Positions 1 through 10,488 of a DNA stretch of 64,000 nt are shown piece by piece. The translations under genes were made by a program, and so were the position numbers. Below the pieces are notes generated by a model. It did not search any database and was not told where the DNA came from. It was given only the letters and a program-made list of their open reading frames with translations. The stretch lies in contig CAXXKJ010000002.1 in NCBI GenBank assembly GCA_963675295.2, positions 64,001 through 128,000 of the forward strand, read 5' to 3'. How positions within the stretch are numbered: the first letter of the stretch is position 1; the number at the start of each line of letters is the position of its first letter. This DNA comes from a bacterium (GTDB taxonomy: Bacteria; Electryoneota; Electryoneia; Electryoneales; Electryoneaceae).

Positions 1-1
1 G

Positions 2-559
2 GTCATCCCGCATCAGCTCGAAGGGTAGTACCAGCACATTGTCCGCGCCGAACACGTCCTGCTGCATCCGGATCAGCTCCTGGTAGTTGAGCTTGTGAGT
101 GATCTCCCGGCCGGGCAGGTTGACATCCTGCAGCAGCAGCCGCAACGTCAACGCACCACCCTGCTGTACATACTGCTGGTACATCGATCCGACGTAATCC
201 ACCGGGTGCCGCAGCACGAGAATCACCTTCACCTCGCCGAACAGCTTCCGGCAACGCCGGGCAAGGGTCATCGTGTCGCGGGCGTGGATCATGTCGCCAG
301 CGAGGATTTCGTATGAGATGCCGACCTTGTGACCACTGAGATCCAGCCCCTCGGTTTCGCGCTCGAAGTCCCGCCACCACCTGTCCGCGTCGAACATACC
401 AGTCGCTGTGCGGTAGATCTGCATCAACACCTTGTGACTGTCCCGGTGTCGTGTCCCGTGGTGGAAGACAAACAGCTCCGGATGCCGGTCGAACACCTTC
501 TGCTGCAGCCAGGTGGACGCGGTCTTGTGCAATCCGATGTGAAGAAACTCAACCTTCAT
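2..559 (-). CDS. Sulfotransferase family protein (N-terminal part; runs off the window edge, absent from the ORF track)
   Basis: Manual translation from ATG at 559: MKVEFLHIGLHKTASTWLQQ... (5'-PAPS-binding loop IGxxKTASTWL) and later LRHPVDYVGSMYQQY (3'-phosphate-binding RxPxD..S motif). The start overlaps the flippase stop. Confidence 0.8.
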   Translation of the reverse strand, partial: MKVEFLHIGLHKTASTWLQQKVFDRHPELFVFHHGTRHRDSHKVLMQIYRTATGMFDADRWWRDFERETEGLDLSGHKVGISYEILAGDMIHARDTMTLARRCRKLFGEVKVILVLRHPVDYVGSMYQQYVQQGGALTLRLLLQDVNLPGREITHKLNYQELIRMQQDVFGADNVLVLPFELMRDD

Positions 560-1892
560 CGTCGTTCCGGTCCATAGGTTCGGCGTCCTTCTTCGGCGAC
601 GCACCCTCCTTGTTCAGCAGGATCATAGCCGATCCATAGCCCATTAGCAGGTACGTGACCCGGCCCGCGACCATCGCCTGCGGGAAGGAAGCAAGGTACG
701 GTTCCGGCGTGTTCAGCCACCACAGCAGGCCGCCGTACACGAGAATCCCGGCCAGCGTGTTGATGAACAGGATGTCCTGCCGCCGGACCACAGTCAACGC
801 CACGTTGATCACCCGTAGCGACCATAAACCGGCCATCACCAGTGACCACTGCGCCGCGGCGATACCTTCCACGTAATTCGGCAGAAACGCCCGCGTGAAC
901 CAGTCCACCACCGGGATCCCGATCGCCACCGCCGGGGCCATCATCGCGAACAGCACCAGCGTCGGCTTGATCAACGTTTTGACCACGCCGCGGAAGTGTC
1001 CGTCCTTGCCGAACATCATTGCCGCGCGTGGCAAGGTAACCTTGCTGAATGCGCTTGGGATGATCTGCATCACGTTGCCGATGGTCATCGCCAGCGCGAA
1101 CAGGCCCATGCCGTGCGTGCCGAGGATTTTCAGGACGAGCGTCCCGTTCACCGCCTGCCACAGCACCTCGAGCTGCGCGACGGCGTAAATCGGCAATCCC
1201 ACCTTCCACAGGCTTTTCAGGTTCGGCCAGCTCCAGGACGGGCGCACCTCTTTCATCGGTCGCCAGATGTACACCAGCGCCAGCGAGACAAAACCGAGCA
1301 GCCAGCCACGGATGCAGAGGCCGTAGTAATCGAGAAAATACACGGCGGCCAGCGTCACAACCGACAGCACCGCGCGCACGATCTCGATCTTCGCCAGCTT
1401 CCCAAAATTGGAATGTGTACGGTAGGTGACCTCGTACATGTGGAACAGCAGCGTGAAGGACACGATGAACGCGAACGTGAACCAGCCCACCGCATTCTCG
1501 GTCGGGCCGAGGAACAACTGATGCACACCGAGCCCGGCGAGAATGACGAACACGATGCCGGTCATCAGCGTCATCCACGCAAACCCGGCAGCCGTCTGAT
1601 CCTGCGCACGCTGGTAGTCGTCCTGCCCGATCGCGTACGGAATCTCCCGCGCGAGACCGTTGATCGTGCCGAACTGCGTCATCAACGCGTACTTGTTCGC
1701 CAGCGCGAAGCCGTTGAACAGACCCAGTGTCGAAGGCGCGACCAGGCGTGCGACGAGGAATCCGGCGACCATCTGCAGGAACAGGCCGATCATCTTACCG
1801 CCGGCAAAGATGGCGGTGATCTTCGCCAGCGAGCCCTGCTCGATCTCGTCCTTCAGCCGGGTGGCCTCGTTCAGGCGATCGGCCTCGGCCAC
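549..1892 (-). CDS. Wzx-like oligosaccharide flippase (polysaccharide biosynthesis export protein)
   Basis: 447 aa with many hydrophobic segments and Wzx/MATE-like patterns (LVARLVAPSTLGLF, LKILGTHGMGLFALA); lies in a polysaccharide cluster. Start uncertain. Confidence 0.8.
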   Translation of the reverse strand: MAEADRLNEATRLKDEIEQGSLAKITAIFAGGKMIGLFLQMVAGFLVARLVAPSTLGLFNGFALANKYALMTQFGTINGLAREIPYAIGQDDYQRAQDQTAAGFAWMTLMTGIVFVILAGLGVHQLFLGPTENAVGWFTFAFIVSFTLLFHMYEVTYRTHSNFGKLAKIEIVRAVLSVVTLAAVYFLDYYGLCIRGWLLGFVSLALVYIWRPMKEVRPSWSWPNLKSLWKVGLPIYAVAQLEVLWQAVNGTLVLKILGTHGMGLFALAMTIGNVMQIIPSAFSKVTLPRAAMMFGKDGHFRGVVKTLIKPTLVLFAMMAPAVAIGIPVVDWFTRAFLPNYVEGIAAAQWSLVMAGLWSLRVINVALTVVRRQDILFINTLAGILVYGGLLWWLNTPEPYLASFPQAMVAGRVTYLLMGYGSAMILLNKEGASPKKDAEPMDRNDDEG

Positions 1893-2092
1893 CCGGACAG
1901 ACTTCTCCAGCGGGTCCTGATCGCCCGGAACGGTTGTCTTGTCACGGTCCGGCGGTTGTTCGGGGGTGGTGTTCAGCGTCGTGTCCCACAGATGGTGGAT
2001 TCTTGCCGCGAAAGGTACGAAGGAATGCGGGGAATTTGCATAGGGTAGCAGGCCATTGAGTGCTGGGGACGGGCGAGTTCAGGCCTCTGCTA

Positions 2093-3214
2093 TCACCGCG
2101 CCAGGATGTCGTCGTACATCGCCTCGAGCGAATCGAGTTCCTTCGCGTAGTTGTAGTTCTCGAAGACAGCGTCCCGGCCTTTTTGCCCCATCGCTTCGAG
2201 TCGGTCACGGTCGCGCAGCAACGCCTTCACCACCTCAGCGATGTTGCGGGGATCCTCGGTGTTGATGATCTCTGCCGCGCCGGTTTCTTCCGCGACACGC
2301 CGCAGCTCGGTGTAGTCGCTCATCAGCAGCGGCAGCTTCGCGAACATGTAGCTGAAAACACGGTTCGGCAGGCCGATCTGGTTGTTCTCGTTGTCCTGGT
2401 AAAAAACGGTTCCGATTGACGCCTTCGCGATCTCGTCAAAGCTTTCCACCCACGGCACCCAGCCGTCGACGTCCACGTGATCGGCGACACCCAGCTTCGC
2501 CGCCATCTCCGGGATTTTATGCTCGTAACCGTACGCGTATTTGCCGAGGAAGCGGACACGCGCGTCCGGGAATTCCTCATGGATCAACGGTAGCGCCTCA
2601 ACCAGCTTGTCCACCTGGCGTTCCGGTCCGAGACTGCCGCCCGCGCTGAGGATTACCGGCGGGTCCTGCCGTGGTGGCGGGGTCCAGTCGTTGAGACGGC
2701 TGAGGTCGATGATATTGCGGATCACACAGGACCGTTTCACCTGCCCCGCGAACAGATCCGCCTGGCTTTGCGAAACAAACACGACGCCGTCCAGCCGTGG
2801 CAGCAGGTACTGCTCGTACTTCGCGAACCAGTCGGGGAAGATGTCCCGTTTCCAGCCGCTCAACCGGTTGCGCATCGCGCCGGCGTAATTCTCGTGCATG
2901 TCAAACACCACCCGTTTGCCCATGCGCTTCAGCACATCCATGAACGGGTGCAATTCGGGGTCGTGATAGTGATAGATGTCGGCGTTCAGCTGGCGGGCGA
3001 TGCGGAAGGCTTCCCAGGTGGTCAGCAGGATACGTTCCCACTTGGAACGGTTCGGCGTCACCGGCAGAATCGAGACAGCTTCCTCCCGCCGTGCACTCTC
3101 GATCGGTGCGATGTACACCATCTGGTGCCCGCGTTTCGCGAGACCGCGGGTGCAACGCATGAAGATGCGTTCGTCCTGCCACGGGTGGGCGCTGGTGATC
3201 TGGCAAATCCGCAT
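2093..3214 (-). CDS. Glycosyltransferase family 4
   Basis: N-terminal TSAHPWQDERIF, DIYHYHDPEL, VFDMHENY; C-terminal PNRVFSYMFAKLPLLMSD GT-B motif. Confidence 0.88.
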   Translation of the reverse strand: MRICQITSAHPWQDERIFMRCTRGLAKRGHQMVYIAPIESARREEAVSILPVTPNRSKWERILLTTWEAFRIARQLNADIYHYHDPELHPFMDVLKRMGKRVVFDMHENYAGAMRNRLSGWKRDIFPDWFAKYEQYLLPRLDGVVFVSQSQADLFAGQVKRSCVIRNIIDLSRLNDWTPPPRQDPPVILSAGGSLGPERQVDKLVEALPLIHEEFPDARVRFLGKYAYGYEHKIPEMAAKLGVADHVDVDGWVPWVESFDEIAKASIGTVFYQDNENNQIGLPNRVFSYMFAKLPLLMSDYTELRRVAEETGAAEIINTEDPRNIAEVVKALLRDRDRLEAMGQKGRDAVFENYNYAKELDSLEAMYDDILAR

Positions 3215-3420
3215 GGGTCTGACTCAGGTTGATCGACGACGGTTCATGAACCACGGAATACACGGAAGAAACGGAATTTCGGGCTCTGGGCTCGAAGGTG
3301 TCATTCTGAACGGAACGAAGAGAAGTGAAGAATCTGCTTGATACTACGGGTTCGAGTCATCGTTGAACCGGCACCGGTTTGCCACCCACCGGCTACCGAC
3401 CACTGCCTACCGACCACCGA

Positions 3421-4590
3421 TTACCGGCTACCGTAGTACTCTTCCGCCTTCGCTTCCATGAACTGCTTCATCTTCACCGCGCGGGCGCCGAGGCTGTTCT
3501 CCTCGGACCACTGGCGGGCGGTGCGGCTCATCTGTTCACGTTTCGCTGTGTCGCTCACCAACGCCGCCGCTGCGTCATGCAGCGCCTTGATATCGGTCGG
3601 ATCGACGAGAATCCCGCGATCCTTGTCCACGATCAGATGGTTGAACGGCAGGTCCGAACTGATCACCGGCAGGCCGCACGCGAGCGCCTCGGTGACGGCG
3701 TTGCACGACCCTTCCGCCAGCGTCGGCAGCATGAACATGTCCGCCGCGCTCAGCAGTTGCGGGAGCTCGTCATGGTCGATCCGTGCCTTCCAGCGAATCT
3801 GGTCGCTCTCCAGTTGCATCGCGCCGTCGCCGATCAGCAGCACGCCGACATTGTTCAGCCCCTTCAGCGCCTCGATCACCCGGTCCGGCCCTTTGCGGTC
3901 GATGTACGCCCCGACAAACGCGACCAGCACTTCATCTTCCGGCAGCTTGTACTTGCGGCGCATCTCCGCACGGTCATACGGCTTGAACTCGTCCGTATCA
4001 GCGGCGTTCGGCAGCACGACGATGTTTTCACGCGGCACATGCAGCTCGTTGTGCATGAAGTCGGCGTTCGGAACGCTCACCGACAGCACGCCGCTCACTC
4101 CACGCACCATCTCGCGCAGTTCGTCCGGCAGGAATGCTTTCTTCGCGCCGCTGTACGACGATTCATCCAGCGTGATGAAGCTCGGCTTGTTGAAGATGCG
4201 CCCCATCCGCACCGACGTAACCCCGCCCGGCAGCAGGAAATGGCCGTAAAACGCGTCGGCGTTGAGCAGGTGCCGGCGGTAGACGTGTTCCACCGCGCGG
4301 GCGAAGAAGTTGACAGTCACATGTGCGGCGTTGCGTGGCGAGAGGAATTTGGACGATACCGACAGGTAGAGCGGAAAGTGCTGATACAGCTTGTTGCCGT
4401 TGGGCAATGTGATTACCCGATCGCCCGCCAGTTTGAGCCCGTTGCGCAGGTCGCTGACCGGCGCGGGGAAAATCACCTGCCCGTCTTCCTCCCACAGGGC
4501 CTGGACCCGTTTGATCAGATCCTGCACGAAAACACCGTGATAGGGACGGTTGGGAGTGGGGTAGACGCTGGACAGGTAAACAGGCTGCAT
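3421..4590 (-). CDS. Glycosyltransferase family 4 (TuaC-like)
   Basis: YPTPNRPYHGVFV near the N-terminus; ADMFMLPTLAEGSCNAVTEALACGLPVISS is the Ex7E GT4 motif. ATG at 4590 chosen as start. Confidence 0.88.
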   Translation of the reverse strand: MQPVYLSSVYPTPNRPYHGVFVQDLIKRVQALWEEDGQVIFPAPVSDLRNGLKLAGDRVITLPNGNKLYQHFPLYLSVSSKFLSPRNAAHVTVNFFARAVEHVYRRHLLNADAFYGHFLLPGGVTSVRMGRIFNKPSFITLDESSYSGAKKAFLPDELREMVRGVSGVLSVSVPNADFMHNELHVPRENIVVLPNAADTDEFKPYDRAEMRRKYKLPEDEVLVAFVGAYIDRKGPDRVIEALKGLNNVGVLLIGDGAMQLESDQIRWKARIDHDELPQLLSAADMFMLPTLAEGSCNAVTEALACGLPVISSDLPFNHLIVDKDRGILVDPTDIKALHDAAAALVSDTAKREQMSRTARQWSEENSLGARAVKMKQFMEAKAEEYYGSR

Positions 4591-4716
4591 CGAACTGGTA
4601 TTCCAAGGTTTAGAGTTACATCGATAGGTTACGCTCAAGCTCGGTCATGACTGTACCGCGGTCCGTAGCCCGTAGCCCACAGTCCGCGACCTATAGCCTA
4701 TAGCCCATCGCCTGAG

Positions 4717-5820
4717 CTATGTCCACGGCAAATGATCATGCGGCTGGGCCTTGCTCAGGTCACGTACACGCGACAGCGCAGGTTCCGCGAGCCGTTTCAC
4801 GACGCCCTGGATACCTTTTTCGTCAATCCGTTTCCGGATGTCGCGGTAGAGGTATCCCGCATACCACAGGGTCAGCCGCAGCCGGTTGACCGGGTCGAAC
4901 AGCTTCCGGTCCCAGACATCCGCGACCCCCTGAAAATACGGGTCGCCGGTCATCCCGGCGAGGATCGTCAACTGGCCGACATGCATCTGGTGATAACGGC
5001 TGAGGAACAGCGGCGGTTCGCCGTACTCGTGCCGCAGATCGTAGCTGCTGAGGAAGTGCAGGTCGAATGCCGGCAGGTTGTCCCGGATCGCTTTCACACC
5101 CTGGTCGAGCAGCTCTTTCGCGTGTTCATCGCCGCAGACCTTGTGCAGATCGTACAGGCCGAACAACGCCGCGAGCATACCGTTAAGCGTGTGGTGCTGC
5201 TTGTTTTCTTCGACAAACGCGTACTCTTCGTAGAACACACCCCGCGCGGCTTCATAGCGCACGCCGCCGTCCCGCACATCCCGCTCGAAGGTCAGCATCG
5301 TCCGGCGTGCGAGCTCGAGGTACCGGTCCTCCCGGGTGGTTTCGTACGCCCGCGCGAGCACCGCGATCACCAGCCCTTGCGCCATTGAGCTGATCCATGG
5401 TACTTGCTGGCCGGGGTAATAGGTCAGCGGATAGGGCCAGATCAACGCACCACGGTCTTCGTCCGCGTTCTCGATCAACGTTTCGGTCAGCTTGAGGAAA
5501 TGAGTGCGGTAAACTTCATTACCGGTATCGAGGTACTGACGGTAGTGTTTGTTCGCGACGTGGCAGGTGCGTACCGGGTGCAGCCAGCGGCGACCGTCGG
5601 TTTCGGCCCACACCGGCTCGGTGGACAGCTCTTCGATCGTCGCCGGATTGAGGTAGTACGGCCCGAGTTTATCGGTGCCGAGGTAATCCAGCCGGATCGG
5701 CGTCACCTTGCGGCGGGTGTCGTTCTTGAAGTACAACGCGAGCACCGCGCCGATGGCAAGCACCGGCGCGATGACGATGAACCAGAAGACGAATCGAGTC
5801 AGTCGGAAAAATCTGTTCAA
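4717..5820 (-). CDS. Membrane-anchored D-glucuronyl C5-epimerase family protein
   Basis: N-terminal TM helix; WISSMAQG..LARAY, FYEEY, LNGML..LFGLYDL, SYDLRH and YHQMHVGQL match the C5-epimerase C-terminal domain motifs. Confidence 0.82.
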   Translation of the reverse strand: MNRFFRLTRFVFWFIVIAPVLAIGAVLALYFKNDTRRKVTPIRLDYLGTDKLGPYYLNPATIEELSTEPVWAETDGRRWLHPVRTCHVANKHYRQYLDTGNEVYRTHFLKLTETLIENADEDRGALIWPYPLTYYPGQQVPWISSMAQGLVIAVLARAYETTREDRYLELARRTMLTFERDVRDGGVRYEAARGVFYEEYAFVEENKQHHTLNGMLAALFGLYDLHKVCGDEHAKELLDQGVKAIRDNLPAFDLHFLSSYDLRHEYGEPPLFLSRYHQMHVGQLTILAGMTGDPYFQGVADVWDRKLFDPVNRLRLTLWYAGYLYRDIRKRIDEKGIQGVVKRLAEPALSRVRDLSKAQPHDHLPWT

Positions 5821-5835
5821 CCTCTGATCTCCGGC

Positions 5836-7017
5836 TTACTTCCGCACGAATTCCACAATCGCGTCCACCACTTCCTGCATCTGCTCGAGGGTCAGTTCAG
5901 GATAGATCGGCAACGCGAGGGTGGTCGCGGCGGCACATTCGCTGGCCGGGAAGTCGCCCTGCTTGTAGTTCAAGTCCGCGAAGCAGTCCTGCATGTGGAA
6001 CGGGACCGGGTAATAGACTTCGTGCCCGACGCCCTTCTCCTTCAGCACCTCGCGCAGCTCATCCCGCTTGTCGAGCCGGATGACAAACTGGTTGTAGATG
6101 TGACGGCGGTTATCGAGATCGTCCGGCAGGATCACTTTGTCCGAGCCGACAATGCTGCAGTTCGGCCAATCCGCGCAGCCATTCTTCAGGCAATCGCCTT
6201 TCTCCGCGACCACACCGGCTTCGGTAAACAGCTTGCGGTAGGTGTCGGCGTTCTTCTGACGGCCTTCGGTCCAGCTGTCGAGGTGCTGCAGCTTGACCAG
6301 CAACACCGCCGCCTGGATCGCGTCGAGACGGAAGTTTCCGCCGATCACGCGATGATAGTACTTCGGCTTGCCGCCGTGAACACGGAAGATGCGCAGCTTT
6401 TCCGCGAGCGCGTCATCGTTGGTCACCACCATGCCGCCATCGCCCGCACCGCCGAGGTTCTTCGACGGGAAGAAGCTGAAGCAGCCGTAATCGCCGACAC
6501 TGCCCGCGCGCTTGCCCTTGTATTCCGCGCCAATCGCCTGGGCGCCGTCCTCGATCACGGTCAGCTGGTGCCGTTTGGCGATGTCCATGATCGGATCCAT
6601 GTCCGCCATCTGCCCGTACAGATGGATCGGGATGATCGCCTTGGTGCGTTCGTTGATCGCCGACTCGACCTTGCCCGGGTCCATGTTGAAGGTGACCGGG
6701 TCGATGTCGACAAACACCGGCTTCGCGCCGGTACGCGTGATGCAGCCCGCGGTCGCGAAGAACGAGAACGGCGTCGTGATGACTTCGTCACCCTCGCCGA
6801 TGCCGTCCGCCATCAGGCTGATCAGCAGCGCATCGGTGCCGGAGCTGACGCCGATCGCGTGCTTCGCCTGCGAATACTCCGCGACCTGCTTCTCCAGCTC
6901 GACGACTTTCGGGCCGAGGATGAAGTATTGCGAGTCGAGCACCTCCTGGACTGCCGGCTCGACTTCGTGCTTGATGGAGGCGTACTGCGCCTTCAGATCC
7001 AACAGGGGCACACCCAT
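5836..7017 (-). CDS. DegT/DnrJ/EryC1/StrS PLP aminotransferase (WbpE-like)
   Basis: SSGTDAL, IEDGAQAIGA, FSFFPSKNLGGAGDGG (PLP lysine), GGNFRLDAIQAA. Confidence 0.93.
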   Translation of the reverse strand: MGVPLLDLKAQYASIKHEVEPAVQEVLDSQYFILGPKVVELEKQVAEYSQAKHAIGVSSGTDALLISLMADGIGEGDEVITTPFSFFATAGCITRTGAKPVFVDIDPVTFNMDPGKVESAINERTKAIIPIHLYGQMADMDPIMDIAKRHQLTVIEDGAQAIGAEYKGKRAGSVGDYGCFSFFPSKNLGGAGDGGMVVTNDDALAEKLRIFRVHGGKPKYYHRVIGGNFRLDAIQAAVLLVKLQHLDSWTEGRQKNADTYRKLFTEAGVVAEKGDCLKNGCADWPNCSIVGSDKVILPDDLDNRRHIYNQFVIRLDKRDELREVLKEKGVGHEVYYPVPFHMQDCFADLNYKQGDFPASECAAATTLALPIYPELTLEQMQEVVDAIVEFVRK

Positions 7018-7201
7018 GATTTCCCCCTACTCTTCCGCGTTTGGTTTGCGTCTCTAGTCGTTGATCTCCGAACGTGGGCCGCCAATTGATCGGCGGCAGG
7101 ACGCCAGGAGGGTTTTTCTTCTCTCACATCTCACATCTCACATCTCAAGTCTCAAGCCTAAAGTCTTTCGTCTTTCGACTCACGACTTTCGACGTTGTAC
7201 T

Positions 7202-8263
7202 TCAGTACTTCTGGACCAGCAGCTCCGCGATCTTCGCGGATGCGTTCCCGTCGCCGTACAACTCCGGTTGTTCCTCCGGCCACCAGCGTGTTGTCAGCAT
7301 CTCACCGACCTGGTCGAGATTGTCCCACAGCAGCCGGTTCCAGCCAGCGTCCACTGTTTCCACCCACTCGGTTTCGGGACGAACGGTCACGCACGGCACT
7401 CCGGCGAAATATGCTTCCTTTTGCACGCCGCCGCTGTCTGTCATGATCAATCCGGCGTTCGCCTCGAGCTGCAGGAAATCGAGGTAGCCGAGCGGTTCGA
7501 TGGCACGCACATTTGCCGGGAATTCGATCCCGAAGGTCGCCAGATTGTTGCGTGTGCGCGGATGCACGGGGAAGACATACGTCCGGTCAACCCGGCCCAT
7601 GGTGTCGAACAGCCGCCGCATCCGGTCGGGATCGTCCACGCTATACGGCCTGTGCAACGTGACCAGCACAAACTCGCCTCGCGCCAGGCCGAGCCGCTGC
7701 ATCGCGTCCGATTTCTTTTCCGCGATGGGACGAAAACGTTTTGCGACATCGTACATGACGTCCCCGACACGGTGCACGCCGGCGGTGATCCCTTCCTTCG
7801 TCAGGTTGTCGACCGCGACCTGCGTCGGGCAGAAGAGTGTGTCCGAACAGTGATCGGTCAGCACCCGGTTGTGTTCTTCCGGCATCGACCGGTTGTAGGA
7901 GCGCAGCCCGGCTTCGTTGTGCACCACTGGAATCTGCAGTTTCGCCGCCGCCAGCGCCGCTGCGAGGGTGGAGTTCGTGTCGCCGTGCACCAGCATCGCG
8001 TCCGGCTTGAACTCCAGCAGCGACTGCTCGAACTTCGCAAGCATTTTACCGGTCTGGACCCCGTGCGACCCGGACCCGACCTCGTAATTGACCGCAACCT
8101 CGGGAATGCCCAGCTCACGGAAGAACACGTCCGACATCAGGTCGTCATAATGCTGGCCACTGTGGACGAGGATCTCCTCCACGCCGCGCATCTTCAGCTC
8201 CTCGCTGAGGATCGCGGTCTTGACAAATTGTGGTCGTGCCCCGATGGCGGTGAGAATTTTCAT
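7202..8263 (-). CDS. wecB: Non-hydrolysing UDP-N-acetylglucosamine 2-epimerase (WecB/WbpI family)
   Basis: GARPQFVK, HSGQHYD, VHGDTNSTLA, HNEAGLRS, MPEEHNR, TDSGGVQKEAY. Confidence 0.92.
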   Translation of the reverse strand: MKILTAIGARPQFVKTAILSEELKMRGVEEILVHSGQHYDDLMSDVFFRELGIPEVAVNYEVGSGSHGVQTGKMLAKFEQSLLEFKPDAMLVHGDTNSTLAAALAAAKLQIPVVHNEAGLRSYNRSMPEEHNRVLTDHCSDTLFCPTQVAVDNLTKEGITAGVHRVGDVMYDVAKRFRPIAEKKSDAMQRLGLARGEFVLVTLHRPYSVDDPDRMRRLFDTMGRVDRTYVFPVHPRTRNNLATFGIEFPANVRAIEPLGYLDFLQLEANAGLIMTDSGGVQKEAYFAGVPCVTVRPETEWVETVDAGWNRLLWDNLDQVGEMLTTRWWPEEQPELYGDGNASAKIAELLVQKY

Positions 8264-8269
8264 GAAGAC

Positions 8270-8460
8270 AGTTGCCAGTGGTCAGTGAACAGTGGTCAGT
8301 GACTGCCCCGACCAGCTTGCTGGTCGGGATTCGGGAAAGCCAACGACGAGATCCTTCACTGCGTTCAGGATGACACCCCTGGTCCGCAGTTTTCATGCCC
8401 CAGACATTTATGTCTGGGATCATCCACCCGCTCGTGTGCCCCTGATGGCTCCGCCAGCAG
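8270..8460. repeat. Mosaic of REP-like palindromes in the wecB/wbpBD intergenic region
   Basis: CCCGACCAGC-TT-GCTGGTCGGG (8307, also 12411); AGATCCTTCACTGCGTTCAGGATGACA (~8350, related inverted copy at ~3299); CCCAGACATTTATGTCTGGG (~8399, related copies at 59691 and 60882); GTGCCCCTGATGGCTCCGCCAGCAG (8436, also 12356 and a related inverted copy at ~20827). Confidence 0.75.
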
Positions 8461-8530
8461 AGTTCAATAACCTGCGGTTCGCCCGCGTCTGCAAGCAGAC
8501 ACGGCCAGTTCGCAACTTCCAGATCCCAAC

Positions 8531-10195
8531 TTACGTCAGGCGCGCGCCATGCACGATATCGTCGTAGAACTTTTCGCCGACCCGCAGATGGTCCGGCAGC
8601 GGCGCTTCTTCGTCCAGGTCGAGGCAGCGCAGTTTGCCGTCCTCTTCCTTGTACCGCAGGCCGCTTTCCGGGCAGGTGTAGATGCCGTCCTTGTCCGCGT
8701 CACGCAGCGGAAGTCCGTGCCGGCTGACCCAGCCCTTCTGCTTCGCCGGAACGCCGATCATCAGCGCGTAATCCGGCACGTTGGCGGTCACCACCGCGCC
8801 CGCACCTACGAACGCGTAGCGTCCGACCTCGATGCCGCAGACTACGGTCGCGTTCGCACCGATCGAGCAGCCGCGACGCAGGATGGTCTTCTCGTACAGG
8901 CTGTGCCGCAGCACCTGCGACCGTGGGTTGGTCACATTGGTCAGCACGCAGCTCGGGCCGAGGAAGACATCATCCTCGATTACCAGGCCGGTGTAAAGGC
9001 TGACGTTATTCTGCACCTTGACGTTGTTGCCGACGATGACATTGCTGTCGATGTTGACGTTCTGGCCGAAGACGCACTTCTTGCCGATCTTCGCGTTCTT
9101 CATCACGTGGCCGAAGTGCCAGATCTTGGTGCCCTCGCCAATCTCGCACGGCTGATCAACCACGGCGGTCGGGTGCGCGAACCACGGCTTTTCGTCCGTC
9201 TTCTGCGGCTCACGGCTGACGGCGATGGTCTTGCCATTTTGCTCGAGGCTGTCCTGGCAGTAGTTCAGCATGCGGAGGACATTCAGCCCTTCCTGCGCGT
9301 CGCTGATCGGCGCCTTGCGGCTGTCGACGGCATCGAGGAACGCCTGACACTCGTTCTTCAGCGGCTCTTCCAGCGGCACTTCGACGACTTCCTTGTCCGC
9401 CTTGTGCGCGGTCGGCATCTGGTTTTCCCACGTCACCTTGTGCGGGTAGGTCACCAGCTTGTCGGCGGATGTGTCTTCGAACACCGCCATCTTTTCGCTG
9501 CCCACGACCACCAGGCGCTGCTCCTTGAACGGGTGCAGCCAGCTGACGTGAATGTGCGCCTGCACGTTGTTCGGGAAGCTGAAGACGGACAGCGTCGAGT
9601 CGGCGACATCGTGCGTCAGGTGTGCCTTGCCGTGGCAGGAAACGTATTCCGGCTCGGTGTTCAGCAGGCTGAGGATGACGCTGATATCATGCGGCGCGAA
9701 ACTCCAGAGGATGTTCTCCTCGGTGCGGATCTTGCCGATCGACAGACGGTTGGAGTAGATGTACTGGATGCGGCCCAGTTCGCCGGAATGAACCAGTTCC
9801 TTCAATTTGCGCACGGCCGGGTGGTACTGCAGGATGTGACCGACCATCAGCACGCGGTCCAGCTTCGCTGCGAGATCGACCAGCGCGCGGCCGTCCTTCT
9901 CGGTCAACGCGAGCGGCTTTTCGACGAACACGTCCTTGCCCGCTTCGAGGGCGGTGCGGACGACGTCATAATGGGTCACCGCCGGCGTTGCGATCGCGAC
10001 CGCCTTGACGTCGTCATCGGCGAGCACGGCCCGCATGTCGGTGGTAAAGCCGACGCCCGGATACTGGCTGGTGACGGCTTCTTCGCGCGATGGGTCGGCG
10101 TCACAGACCGTCTTCAACGCGCCAAGATTGTGAAAATTACGGACAAGGTTCTTGCCCCAGTAGCCCATGCCCAGCACAGCGACTTTGCTGCTCAT
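8531..10195 (-). CDS. Fused Gfo/Idh/MocA oxidoreductase (WbpB-like) + hexapeptide-repeat N-acetyltransferase (WbpD-like)
   Basis: GMGYWGKN, VFVEKPLA and SFAPHDIS in the N-terminal half; HPTAVVD, KIWHF, KVQNNVSLY, GPSCVLTNVTNPRS and GANATVVCG in the C-terminal half. Confidence 0.9.
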   Translation of the reverse strand: MSSKVAVLGMGYWGKNLVRNFHNLGALKTVCDADPSREEAVTSQYPGVGFTTDMRAVLADDDVKAVAIATPAVTHYDVVRTALEAGKDVFVEKPLALTEKDGRALVDLAAKLDRVLMVGHILQYHPAVRKLKELVHSGELGRIQYIYSNRLSIGKIRTEENILWSFAPHDISVILSLLNTEPEYVSCHGKAHLTHDVADSTLSVFSFPNNVQAHIHVSWLHPFKEQRLVVVGSEKMAVFEDTSADKLVTYPHKVTWENQMPTAHKADKEVVEVPLEEPLKNECQAFLDAVDSRKAPISDAQEGLNVLRMLNYCQDSLEQNGKTIAVSREPQKTDEKPWFAHPTAVVDQPCEIGEGTKIWHFGHVMKNAKIGKKCVFGQNVNIDSNVIVGNNVKVQNNVSLYTGLVIEDDVFLGPSCVLTNVTNPRSQVLRHSLYEKTILRRGCSIGANATVVCGIEVGRYAFVGAGAVVTANVPDYALMIGVPAKQKGWVSRHGLPLRDADKDGIYTCPESGLRYKEEDGKLRCLDLDEEAPLPDHLRVGEKFYDDIVHGARLT

Positions 10196-10488
10196 GCGAA
10201 ATGTCCTTCGGTTGATCCCGTGTGGGAAAAAACGGTGAAATCGAGGTAAGTCCCCCTACGGACCCCAAGATACAACGGTTGAAAACCAGCGAAGCAGACT
10301 CTACGCTATTCGCTCTCCGGTGTCAAGCTCCGGTATCAGGAGCCCGGTTCCGTAACTGCGGCATTCTGAACGGACTTTGGTGAATTTTGCATTCACCGGG
10401 ACCGGAGGATTTCAGAGAGAAAGCGGCTGCCAAAGCTGGCAGCCGCGGATAGCAATCAAACGATTCCGGACAGGCCGGATCATCGCGC

